DNA of 31,272 bases from Clostridiaceae bacterium (GCA_904501685.1 CAJGBX010000001.1:1-31272); one strand, 5' to 3'; shown: positions 1 through 8,854, counted from the first letter of the stretch. The notes: generated by a model from the sequence alone, not told the origin. Made by a program: numbers and translations.

Positions 1-219
1 AAAAAAGGCACTAAGGCTCCCGGTGCCGCCGGTAAAATTCACAGTGACTTTGAAAAAGGCTTTATCCGTGCCGAGGTTGTAGCCTTTAAGGATTTGGTTG
101 CCTGCGGTAATGATGACAAGGCACTTATTGCCGCCAGAGAAAAAGGCTTGGTAAGAAGCGAAGGCAAGGAATATGTTATGCAGGACGGCGATGTTGTGCA
201 TTTCCTGTTCAATGTATAA
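1..219 (+). CDS. ychF: Redox-regulated ATPase YchF, C-terminal part (5' truncated by window edge)
   Basis: Frame 1 reads [26 protein letters not shown]...[29 protein letters not shown], the YchF TGS-domain C-terminus; TAA at 217-219. Not in the ORF track. Confidence 0.95.
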   Translation, partial: KKGTKAPGAAGKIHSDFEKGFIRAEVVAFKDLVACGNDDKALIAAREKGLVRSEGKEYVMQDGDVVHFLFNV

Positions 220-239
220 TTAAAACTCACCGCAATAGT

Positions 240-276
240 AAAAAAGGCTATGACATTCTTTGTCATAGCCTTTTTT
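240..276. terminator. Bidirectional intrinsic terminator between convergent ychF and the ABC transporter
   Basis: AAAAAGGCTATGACA-ttctt-TGTCATAGCCTTTTT perfect inverted repeat with A and T tracts on both sides. Confidence 0.9.
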
Positions 277-286
277 GTTGAGTAAA

Positions 287-2041
287 CTAATTCGCAGAAT
301 ACAGCTTATAAAGCTCGGCATAAATACCGTTCTTTTCAATAAGCTCACTGTGACTTCCGCTTTCCTCAATACCGTTATCGGTCAGCACCAAAATACGGTC
401 AGCATTTTTAATTGTAGTCAAGCGGTGAGCAATAGTAATGGTTGTTCTGCCCTTTGCCAAGCGTTCAAGTGAGCGTTGAATAAGCAATTCACTTTCGTCG
501 TCAAGTGCACTTGTAGCCTCATCCAAAATAAGTATATCTGGGTCTTTTAAGAACACACGTGCAATCGAAATACGTTGCTTTTGTCCACCCGAGAGCTTAA
601 CGCCGCGTTCGCCCACATACGTATTATAACCGTCAGGCAGTTCCTTTATAAATTCATCTGCACCGGCCAATGCCGCCGCCTTACGGATTTCCTCGTCGGT
701 AGCGCCCGGCTTGCCGTAGGCAATATTCTCACGAACAGAGCCCGAGAACAAATAAACATCCTGCTGAACAGTACCTATCCGTTCTCTCAAAGAGGTTTGA
801 GTAACATCGGCAATATTTATGCCGTCAATCAAAATCTCACCCTCAGTAATATCGTAAAACCTTGGAACCAGTGAGCAAAGTGTAGTTTTACCGCCGCCTG
901 AGGGACCGACTAAAGCAATATTTTCACCGGGATTTACCGTTAAATTAAGATTTTTTATAACATCACGTAAATTTTCACTGTAGCGGAAAGAGACATTTTT
1001 AAACTCAATTTTACCGTCGCCCTTTGGTAAGCTAACAGCATTTTTCTTGTCCTTGACTTCGGGGTCGATATCCATAATTTCAGAAAATCGCTCAATACCG
1101 GTCATTCCGCGTTGGAACTGCTCAGCGAACTCAACTATACGTCTGATTGAGGTCATAAGAGTCGTAACAAACATCAAATAAGCAACATAATCAGCCGCAG
1201 TTATTCCGCCATTTTTCAGGAATACTGCACCGACGGCAACAACCAAAATATACATCAAGCCGTCGCAAAGACGTGTACTTGACTGAAAGCCGCCCATTAT
1301 TTTATAAACCTTTGACTTTATTCTCAAAAATTTATCGTTACCTTCATCAAAACGCTCCTGCTCGTGTTCTTCCATAGCAAAGGACTTTACCACACGTACA
1401 CCGAGCAGACTATCCTCAACCTGAGAATTAAGTTCACCGACCTGCCGACGTGATTCCCTGAAGCCAGCCTTCATTTTGCGATTAAAGGTCATAAGCACAA
1501 GTATCATCGGCGGAATCGCGGCAAAAATTATAAGCGTCAGCGGTACACTCATTGTGCAAAGAATTATGAAGGCCGAAATAATCTTAATACCGGCAATAAA
1601 AAACTCCTCAGGACAATGATGTGCAAACTCGGTAACATCAAACAGGTCACTGGTCATTCTGGACATCAAGGTGCCCACCTTAGCACTGTCATAATAAGAA
1701 AACGACAGTTTTTGTAAATGACGAAACAAATCGTGACGCATATCGGTCTCGATTTTAGTACCCATAACATGACCGTAGGTTGCCATATAATAGTTTGCGG
1801 CAGTATCAATCACACGCAAAACAAGATACAACACTGTACATTTTACAATCAACCCTGCCGTAAGAGTTGCCAAATCACTGGTGGCTCTATCGGTAATTTC
1901 ACGCACCAGCATAGGCAGTACAAGCTCACAAACAGTAGTCAGAGCCGCACAAAAAAGGTCAAATATCAAAACCCATTTGTATTTTTTATAATACGGCAGA
2001 AATCTGCGAACAAGACCGCCCTTTTTGTTTTCCTTGGACAT
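287..2041 (-). CDS. ABC transporter, fused permease/ATP-binding (MsbA/multidrug exporter-like half transporter)
   Basis: N-terminal TM domain; Walker A GPSGGGKT, signature LSGGQ, Walker B ILILDE, H-loop IAHRL. Start placed at ATG 2041 (MSKENKK) after a GGGG SD; the ORF track extends to 2053. Confidence 0.92.
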   Translation of the reverse strand: MSKENKKGGLVRRFLPYYKKYKWVLIFDLFCAALTTVCELVLPMLVREITDRATSDLATLTAGLIVKCTVLYLVLRVIDTAANYYMATYGHVMGTKIETDMRHDLFRHLQKLSFSYYDSAKVGTLMSRMTSDLFDVTEFAHHCPEEFFIAGIKIISAFIILCTMSVPLTLIIFAAIPPMILVLMTFNRKMKAGFRESRRQVGELNSQVEDSLLGVRVVKSFAMEEHEQERFDEGNDKFLRIKSKVYKIMGGFQSSTRLCDGLMYILVVAVGAVFLKNGGITAADYVAYLMFVTTLMTSIRRIVEFAEQFQRGMTGIERFSEIMDIDPEVKDKKNAVSLPKGDGKIEFKNVSFRYSENLRDVIKNLNLTVNPGENIALVGPSGGGKTTLCSLVPRFYDITEGEILIDGINIADVTQTSLRERIGTVQQDVYLFSGSVRENIAYGKPGATDEEIRKAAALAGADEFIKELPDGYNTYVGERGVKLSGGQKQRISIARVFLKDPDILILDEATSALDDESELLIQRSLERLAKGRTTITIAHRLTTIKNADRILVLTDNGIEESGSHSELIEKNGIYAELYKLYSAN

Positions 2042-2077
2042 CTGAATCCCCACTTTTATAGAAATAAATGTTTGCTT

Positions 2078-3571
2078 TTATTCATTGACAGCGTCAACAA
2101 ACCTTAAGAATGCCGACCTGCCATGGGAAGTCAGCTTATAAACACCGGCGTGCTCCAAAACCTTTTTGAACACCTCGCCTATCTCGTCACGGATAATTGA
2201 ATCCACATTTTCAGCAGTTACATCGGTATACTTTTTCAAAAACTCGTTTACCCAATCGGCATGCTTTTCGGTGATTTCATCAGCATAAAGGTCGGCACCT
2301 TCTACGATTTTTTCACCCAAAACACGCATTTCCTCCTTAAGTCTTGACGGCAAAACAGCAAGACCCATAACCTCAATAAGACCAATGTTTTCCTTTTTGA
2401 TATGGTGCAGTTCTGTGTGAGGATGATAAACGCCCAAAGGATGCTCCTCGGTTGTGATATTGTTACGAAGCACCAAATCAAGCTCAAATTCATTGCCGTT
2501 TTTACGGGCAATCGGAGTAATTGTATTATGCGGTGTACCCTCAGTTTCAGCAAAAACGAAAGCGTCCTCATCGGTATAGCCACGCCATTTAAGTAAAATC
2601 TTATCAGCCAACTCAATTAGTCTGTCGGGGTCAGCCGCACTCAAACGGATAACCGACATAGGCCATTTTACAATGCCTGCCTTAACATCCTCAAAATCTC
2701 TGAACTCAACCTCTTTATCAATCGGTGCCTTTGCCATAGCAAAGGTATAATGACCGCCCTGAAAATGGTCGTGAGTCAAAATCGAGCCGCCGACTATCGG
2801 TAAATCGGCATTTGAGCCGACAAAATAATGCGGAAAAAGGGCAACAAAATCGAGCAGCTTTTTAAAGGTTGCGCGGTTAATTGCCATAGGTGTATGCTCT
2901 GAATTAAACACGATACAATGCTCGTTATAGTATACATAAGGTGAATACTGCAGCATCCAAGGAGTATTATTTATAACCATTGGGATAATGCGGTGGTTTT
3001 GACGTGCAGGGTGGTTCATTCGACCGGCGTAACCCTCATTCTCCTTACACAGCAGGCACTTAGGATAACCGCTCTGTTTTGAGAGCTTTGCAGCCGCAAT
3101 AGCCTTGGGGTCCTTTTCAGGCTTGGAAAGATTAATAGTAATATCCAAGTCACCGTATTCGGTTGAAGTAACCCACTTTACGTCCTTTTTAATACGGTAA
3201 CGGCGAATATAATCGGTATCACAGCTTAATTTATAATAGTAATCGGTAGCCGCCTTAGGACTTAGCTCATACTTATTCCAAAATGTACTTATTACCTCAG
3301 ACGGACGAGGCACCAATGCACCCATAATTTTAGTATCAAACAAATCCCTTGCGGTAATATTATCCTCTAAAAGTCCGTTTTCTATACCGTATGTAATGAA
3401 GCTGCAAAGAATAGTCTCCAAATCGGTTGAGGTAACGGTTTCAGGCTCAGAATACTCGTCCAAGCCTAAAATTTCAAGCAATCGGTTGACTGTATACACC
3501 TTATCCTCTGTGGTAATAAGTCCGGTTTCCACACCGTACTCAACTAAATTTTTAATAGCATTATTTATCAT
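2078..3571 (-). CDS. galT: Galactose-1-phosphate uridylyltransferase (Firmicute long type)
   Basis: Motifs ITINLSKPEKDPK, YPKCLLC, ENEGY, YSPYVYYNEHCI, GSNADLPIVGGSILTHDHFQGG, HHIKKENIGLIEVMG. Confidence 0.95.
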   Translation of the reverse strand: MINNAIKNLVEYGVETGLITTEDKVYTVNRLLEILGLDEYSEPETVTSTDLETILCSFITYGIENGLLEDNITARDLFDTKIMGALVPRPSEVISTFWNKYELSPKAATDYYYKLSCDTDYIRRYRIKKDVKWVTSTEYGDLDITINLSKPEKDPKAIAAAKLSKQSGYPKCLLCKENEGYAGRMNHPARQNHRIIPMVINNTPWMLQYSPYVYYNEHCIVFNSEHTPMAINRATFKKLLDFVALFPHYFVGSNADLPIVGGSILTHDHFQGGHYTFAMAKAPIDKEVEFRDFEDVKAGIVKWPMSVIRLSAADPDRLIELADKILLKWRGYTDEDAFVFAETEGTPHNTITPIARKNGNEFELDLVLRNNITTEEHPLGVYHPHTELHHIKKENIGLIEVMGLAVLPSRLKEEMRVLGEKIVEGADLYADEITEKHADWVNEFLKKYTDVTAENVDSIIRDEIGEVFKKVLEHAGVYKLTSHGRSAFLRFVDAVNE

Positions 3572-3585
3572 AGCTTTATCCCTTT

Positions 3586-4587
3586 TTATTTTGAAAATTT
3601 GCCCTTTAAAACAAATATAATATCACCTATTAATCCACGAAAATGTATTGTTGCAACACTTCTTAAATGCATATAGCAAAAGAAGTTTTTAAAGCACGGC
3701 AAAAGCCGTTTAGCGTAAAGTATTTTTTCGCGGTTTTCACAAAAACGGTCAAGATATTTTAAAAACTTAACCTGCTTTTTACTTTTTTTGTCACAGTATT
3801 TCTTATTTATATCCCTTTGAGCCGACTGCATTTTAAGGACACTTAATCGAACATCTTCACTACCCCGCATTTTAAGCGGTCCAAAGGAATCCTCAATTGC
3901 AAGACCTATGGTATTATTCCCGTGCTGACGGTAGCCTATCAACGGCTTATTATAAAACCTTAAACCACCCTTTGAGGCCGCTATAATATTAAGCTCCCAA
4001 TCGTGCGGCATTATACATTCTGAGGTCTTAATATACTGCTCAACGACCTCTCGCCTGAACGCCGAGGTGCAGCCGGGTGAAATATTGTACTGCAATATTT
4101 GCTCTAATCCGATAGGCTTTAGCTCTTCGTCAGTGATACCGTCTCTAATCAACCCGTGATTAGAGGTATTTTTCTTGCCGGTACCAAACGGCACAAGCAT
4201 ATCCCCATTTGAATCAATCATATCAAACGAGCTATTTACAGACATCACACTGTCATCATTCTCAAAAACCGCAACCAGTTTTTCAATTTTTTCCTTGTAC
4301 CAAACATCATCCTGGTCGCAAAGAAAAATTACATCACCGGTACACAGCTTTAAGCAGTTATAAAAATTACGCCTATAGCCTTTATTTACTTCGGCAACCA
4401 CAAGTCTCCAGTCTAAATTATGCTCCGAAATATAATTTTTTACAAAATTGACAGTGCCATCGGTCGAACAGTCATCAATAATCACAACCTCATCCGGTTG
4501 CCTTGTATTTTCAAGCAAGGAATCAAGCTGATATTTTAAAAACCTTTCGCCGTTATAGGTTGCCAACGCCACCGAGACCGTCACCAA
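3586..4587 (-). CDS. Glycosyltransferase family 2 (rhamnosyltransferase-like)
   Basis: VSVALATYNGE, DDCSTDGT, DxD motif FLCDQDDVW, PHDW, YRQHGNN; TTG/GTG start after a GGGGTGG SD. Confidence 0.9.
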   Translation of the reverse strand: MVTVSVALATYNGERFLKYQLDSLLENTRQPDEVVIIDDCSTDGTVNFVKNYISEHNLDWRLVVAEVNKGYRRNFYNCLKLCTGDVIFLCDQDDVWYKEKIEKLVAVFENDDSVMSVNSSFDMIDSNGDMLVPFGTGKKNTSNHGLIRDGITDEELKPIGLEQILQYNISPGCTSAFRREVVEQYIKTSECIMPHDWELNIIAASKGGLRFYNKPLIGYRQHGNNTIGLAIEDSFGPLKMRGSEDVRLSVLKMQSAQRDINKKYCDKKSKKQVKFLKYLDRFCENREKILYAKRLLPCFKNFFCYMHLRSVATIHFRGLIGDIIFVLKGKFSK

Positions 4588-4601
4588 AAGTCACCACCCC
4601 T

Positions 4602-5966
4602 TTAAATTGTCAAAATATTCATCGCGATAAAAAAGTATACAATAAGAGATATAACATCGACAATCGTCGTAATAAACGGACTTGCCATTACTGCAGGGTC
4701 TAATTTTACCGCCCGAGCTAAAATCGGCAAAGCACAACCGACTATTTTAGCCACAAAAACCGTTACCATAAGAGTCAGGCTTATAACCCACATTTCTAAA
4801 TAAGAAACATCAATTTTAAGCAGAAGATTATCAATAAAATAAACCTTTGCAAAACCGGATATTGCCAAGGTTACACCACATAGCACAGCTACCCGAAGTT
4901 CCTTCCACAACACCTTTAAAATATCGCGAAGCTCAATCTCTCCGACCGCAATACCGCGAATAACGGTAGCTGATGACTGTCCGCCCGCGTTACCGCCGGT
5001 ACCCATAAGCATCGGTATAAAGGAAATCAGCACCGGAAAAACACTTAAAGCCTTTTCAAAGGAATTAATAATGACACCGGTAAAGGTGGCCGACAGCATC
5101 AAAAGCATCAACCACGGGATTCTTGTTTTCCATATATTAAAAACGCCGGTTTTCAGATAAGGCTTATCGGTCGAGGTAATAGCCGCCATACGCTCAATAT
5201 CCTCGGTTGCCTCTTCCTCCATAACATCCATAGCGTCATCAACCGTAACAATACCGACTATTCTTTGTTCCTTATCGACAACCGGTAAGGCCAGAATATC
5301 GTACTTTGAAAACATTTGAGCAACTATTTCCTTATCCTCATAAGCATCAACCGAAACAACATTGGTTTCCATAATTTTAAAAACCTGCTCATTGGAATCG
5401 GCAAGCAATAAATCCTTGACCGAAACTGTACCGACCAGCCTTCTGCGGTTGGTTACATAGCAGGTATAAACCGTTTCCTTGTTTATACCCTCACGCCGAA
5501 TTTTTTCAAAGCACTGCTCAACGGTCAAATCCTCACTCAAAGATACATATTCAACCGTCATAACACTGCCTGCACTGTCCTCAGGGTACTTTAAAAGCTC
5601 ATTAATCTGACGACGCACACCTGCAGGTGCCGCCTTTAAAATACGTGCAACAACATTAGCGGGCATTTCTTCAATAATATCAACCGTATCATCCAGCCAA
5701 AGGTTATTTATAATCTCCTTTAGCTCAACATCACTGAAGCTTTTAATCAAAAACTCCTGCGTTTCGGAATCCATATACGAAAATGCATCACCCGCCAAAT
5801 CCTTAGGTAAAAATCTGAATACCAAGGGAATCTTTGTGTGCTCAAGCTCACAAATCAGCTCACCTAAATCAGGCGGATTCATATCATTTAAAATTTCACG
5901 CAATTCTTTAAACGAGCGTGAATCAACAAGTTGGCCTATTCTGGCCAATAACTCTTCTTTTTCCAT
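4602..5966 (-). CDS. mgtE: Magnesium transporter MgtE
   Basis: MgtE N-domain, tandem CBS domains (YPEDSAGSVMT, GIVTVDD), TM motifs RIPWL, GTGGNAGGQ, DPAVMASPFITTIVD. Start ATG 5966 with GGAGG SD at 5973-5977; the track's 6029 TTG start lacks an SD. Confidence 0.95.
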   Translation of the reverse strand: MEKEELLARIGQLVDSRSFKELREILNDMNPPDLGELICELEHTKIPLVFRFLPKDLAGDAFSYMDSETQEFLIKSFSDVELKEIINNLWLDDTVDIIEEMPANVVARILKAAPAGVRRQINELLKYPEDSAGSVMTVEYVSLSEDLTVEQCFEKIRREGINKETVYTCYVTNRRRLVGTVSVKDLLLADSNEQVFKIMETNVVSVDAYEDKEIVAQMFSKYDILALPVVDKEQRIVGIVTVDDAMDVMEEEATEDIERMAAITSTDKPYLKTGVFNIWKTRIPWLMLLMLSATFTGVIINSFEKALSVFPVLISFIPMLMGTGGNAGGQSSATVIRGIAVGEIELRDILKVLWKELRVAVLCGVTLAISGFAKVYFIDNLLLKIDVSYLEMWVISLTLMVTVFVAKIVGCALPILARAVKLDPAVMASPFITTIVDVISLIVYFFIAMNILTI

Positions 5967-6068
5967 TTTTGTCCTCCTCTCTCTTAAGACAAAAGCCGTC
6001 TTAAGGTCAAATGCTATGCACTCAACCAAGCAGTTCGCAAGAAAGGTACAAAACTTTTCGAGGCTACC

Positions 6069-6146
6069 TTAAAACAAAACAGACTGCTGTCGTTTTTTTA
6101 TACTACCTCGGGGCTTTATACCACTACTGTTACTGCCAGCGTCCAT
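6069..6146 (-). CDS. Putative 25-aa leader peptide (uORF) in the mgtE 5' leader: MDAGSNSSGIKPRGSIKKRQQSVLF
   Basis: Strong SD (AAGAGGTGAG) then TATAAAA then ATG at 6146; TAA at 6069-6071; lies between a consensus promoter and mgtE. Too short for the ORF track. Confidence 0.65.
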   Translation of the reverse strand: MDAGSNSSGIKPRGSIKKRQQSVLF

Positions 6147-6196
6147 TTTTATACTCACCTCTTAAAATAAAATTATCAGCCTGAAAAACTAATCCA

Positions 6197-6226
6197 ATTA
6201 TACATTCGTCAACAAATATTTGTCAA
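6197..6226 (-). promoter_or_regulatory. Sigma-A promoter for the mgtE leader/operon
   Basis: TTGACA (6226-6221)-N18-TATAAT (6202-6197), both perfect hexamers. Confidence 0.7.
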
Positions 6227-6228
6227 CA

Positions 6229-7098
6229 TTATTGTAACTCAATTCCCAATGAAGTTTTCCCCTGGTTTGACAAGAGCCAATCATATAAAACTCTTACATT
6301 ATTCCCTGCCGCCTCGGACGAGCGAATTGTCACACCAACAGGAAAGCTTAACGGATACTGACCGTTTTTAATTGTTTCGGCATCAGGTGTAACATTATCA
6401 ATTTTTACCGGTGTAATAGTACCGTTGTTAAAGTTACCGGCAAGGCTGAACAATGTATAGCCTATGGCTCCTTTGCGGTTATCAAAGTCGATTTCTGCTT
6501 CAAATTCACCGTCAGCAGTAGTAATAGTTTTATATACAAAAGGTACCGTCACATCAGCGGCAATATACTGCTCAAAAGCATTTTGAGCTGCCGTTCCCGA
6601 CTTAGCACCAAATAAAGTAACCGAAGCGTCACTTCCGCCAAGGGCATTCCAATTAGATACTTCACCTTTGTAAACCGAGGCTATCTGCTCCTTAGTCAGA
6701 CCGTCGGGATTTAAGCCGTTTCCCATAAACACCAAGGCATCACGCTTTAATTCGGTTGTTGTAAGCTCTAAAGCAGTTTTATCAAGCTCTGCCGTAACGG
6801 CTTTGCCGTAGCCGTGAGCGATAACAATATCACATTCACCGGCAATCAGCTTTAAATAGCACTCATCAGTAGTATTACATACAGTAATACTTAGCTTTGC
6901 CTCCTCACTGCTGACACCCAAAACCGCCGATGCAAAATACTCACCAAGACGTTGGCTATAAGGTGTTACGCAAACTCTCGGAAAGTTTTCCTTAGTAAAC
7001 CTTACACTTCCGTCAGCCAAACGGTCCGGCTCCTTTTTATCGCAGGCGACCGAAAACAGCATAAGTACAGATAAAACTATCAAAATAAATCTTTTCAT
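6229..7098 (-). CDS. PstS-like substrate-binding (PBP superfamily) lipoprotein, diverged
   Basis: Signal peptide with lipobox (MKRFILIVLSVLMLFSVA-C); PstS-like segments DALVF, GLTKEQIASVYKGEVSNWNALGG, GAIGY, IDNVTPDAETIKNGQYPL. ATG 7098 follows an AAGGAG SD. Confidence 0.75.
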   Translation of the reverse strand: MKRFILIVLSVLMLFSVACDKKEPDRLADGSVRFTKENFPRVCVTPYSQRLGEYFASAVLGVSSEEAKLSITVCNTTDECYLKLIAGECDIVIAHGYGKAVTAELDKTALELTTTELKRDALVFMGNGLNPDGLTKEQIASVYKGEVSNWNALGGSDASVTLFGAKSGTAAQNAFEQYIAADVTVPFVYKTITTADGEFEAEIDFDNRKGAIGYTLFSLAGNFNNGTITPVKIDNVTPDAETIKNGQYPLSFPVGVTIRSSEAAGNNVRVLYDWLLSNQGKTSLGIELQ

Positions 7099-7114
7099 AA
7101 TTATAATCTCCTTA

Positions 7115-8704
7115 TCAATGCTGACCGACCGAAGCAATATCAAGCACCGTTTGAAGCGATTTATCGTAAACGGTTGATTTTCCGCCTGCGGTAACCGACA
7201 AAAGCTGTACCTCGCCAATAGCACAAACTTTTATATAATCACTGTTTTCATATAAAATATTGCTTGTAAGAATATCATATAAGCAGTATTTTATACTGCC
7301 GTTTTCATTAGAACTCAACACCACGTAACGGTTATCCAAGCATTCACGGGTATAATGATAGTTAAACCAATCGGTTCTTTGTTTGCCGCTGATTGATACA
7401 AAGCAAACCTTTTTATCGGTACTGTTTACCACAACCGCAGTATTTGAAAAACGGTCAACCAAGCCACCGAAGTCACCTAAAGCCTCGATCGACTCACCGG
7501 CCTCATCAAAAATCGTACCGGTACCCGAATAGGTGCAGGTATAAAGACCGCCAACCGATTTATCACTGTCAGGAAACATTCCCGTTTCCTTGCAATGGAA
7601 CGGCTCGCCGGAGTCGGCATAAAAATACTCTTCCTTACCTGTATCTATGTTTGTTTTCTTATAAATAAAGCTCTCGGAATCTATAATATCAACAAAACCC
7701 CGGTCGCAAAAAACAGTTTTGACAACCGTTTTTTCAAAATTAAAAATATCATACTGTCCCGTTGTTTTACAAGCGAAAAGCTCACGCGAGTGATTAAAAT
7801 CAATATCAAAATATTGTGGCTCTAAAAACCATTCACCCTTGTTATTCAAAACTCCGTAAAGTCCCTTTTCGTTGACAACAACTGCCAATCCCTTATAAAA
7901 TTCACCGCAATACAAAAAATTTTCATATACGGTTTTACCCTTATTGTTTATATAATATGCATACTTTTCCTCGATATAGGTCTGCTTTCCTGACTTTTCA
8001 GCGTCCGCATCGGGCGTTCTGCAAACGACGTTTACAGGAGCTAAGCCATCGCTGAATTTACCGATAGTATAGGAATACCGGTTATCCTCTGCCATCCAGC
8101 TTTCAAAGGTAAATTTACGTTTTCCGTCAAAGCCGTAAAATTCCAAATATTTATAGATTTTCTTCCCCGACTTACGTGTACGCTCTAAAATCACACGTTC
8201 GCCGCCGGCTGATTTTACAACACGGTTAGACGGCAGCTTAAATACCCAGCTTCCGTTTGACGCAGCAACCCACCGTTCGCCTGCCGTAGAAATTGAGCCA
8301 TCAGTCCCCTTTATAAGCTCATAAATATATCCACCCTCGTCGGTCGGATGCTTAATAATATTATCGTAAACTGCATCTACAACAACAGCTCCCTTCAGAT
8401 CACACAAGCCGTAAAGGGGATTTTGCAGCAGCTTATTACTCTCCTCTTCTATTGATTTATAGATATTATAGCCGCCGACAAACGGTACAAGCTCACCGTA
8501 AGAATCTGAGGCAGTAAGTGTATCGACATACTCATTACTTACGCGGTTATGTACGGCAGTATCAGCCGTAATTTCAACCGCAGGTGTTTTTCTTAAGGCG
8601 AAAAACGGTGCTGAATCAGCATTCTTTTCATTCTCCCTACAGCCGGCCGTTACGATAACGGTTAAGACTGCCAAGCATAAGCAAGCATACTTTAAAGGCT
8701 TCAT
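7115..8704 (-). CDS. WG-repeat (KWG-type) lipoprotein
   Basis: Lipobox (…VIVTAG-C); repeats FSDGLAPV, YYINNKGK, FYKGLAVV, YGVLNNKGEWFLEPQY, YGLCDLKGAVVVDAVYD. ATG 8704 follows an AGGAG SD. Confidence 0.72.
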   Translation of the reverse strand: MKPLKYACLCLAVLTVIVTAGCRENEKNADSAPFFALRKTPAVEITADTAVHNRVSNEYVDTLTASDSYGELVPFVGGYNIYKSIEEESNKLLQNPLYGLCDLKGAVVVDAVYDNIIKHPTDEGGYIYELIKGTDGSISTAGERWVAASNGSWVFKLPSNRVVKSAGGERVILERTRKSGKKIYKYLEFYGFDGKRKFTFESWMAEDNRYSYTIGKFSDGLAPVNVVCRTPDADAEKSGKQTYIEEKYAYYINNKGKTVYENFLYCGEFYKGLAVVVNEKGLYGVLNNKGEWFLEPQYFDIDFNHSRELFACKTTGQYDIFNFEKTVVKTVFCDRGFVDIIDSESFIYKKTNIDTGKEEYFYADSGEPFHCKETGMFPDSDKSVGGLYTCTYSGTGTIFDEAGESIEALGDFGGLVDRFSNTAVVVNSTDKKVCFVSISGKQRTDWFNYHYTRECLDNRYVVLSSNENGSIKYCLYDILTSNILYENSDYIKVCAIGEVQLLSVTAGGKSTVYDKSLQTVLDIASVGQH

Positions 8705-8733
8705 TACAAAACTCCTTAAAAACATATATATTT

Positions 8734-8762
8734 ATTGTACCACCAAAGAAATCATTTCGCAA
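8734..8762 (-). promoter_or_regulatory. Sigma-A promoter (extended -10) for the WG-repeat/PBP genes
   Basis: TTGCGA-N17-TACAAT with TG at the extended -10 position. Confidence 0.55.
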
Positions 8763-8825
8763 CGTAAAAGATTAAATACTACAAAATTTTAATCGATTTA
8801 GTAGTATATTTTGGCAAAAAGCCAA

Positions 8826-8854
8826 TTGACTATTGCTTTTCGGTAACATATAAT
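8826..8854 (+). promoter_or_regulatory. Sigma-A promoter for the HPr-like gene
   Basis: TTGACT-N17-TATAAT; AAAGGAG SD before ATG 8887. Confidence 0.75.

Noticed and set aside
39..266. 75-aa minus-strand ORF
   Set aside because: Antisense shadow of the ychF 3' end and its terminator.
5967..6029. TTG-started N-terminal extension of MgtE in the ORF track
   Set aside because: No SD before 6029, whereas ATG 5966 has GGAGG; the region looks like a regulatory leader.
5967..6195. M-box (ykoK) riboswitch expected upstream of mgtE
   Set aside because: I could not find the M-box multi-helix core or a U-tailed terminator by eye; an Infernal search is needed to exclude it formally.
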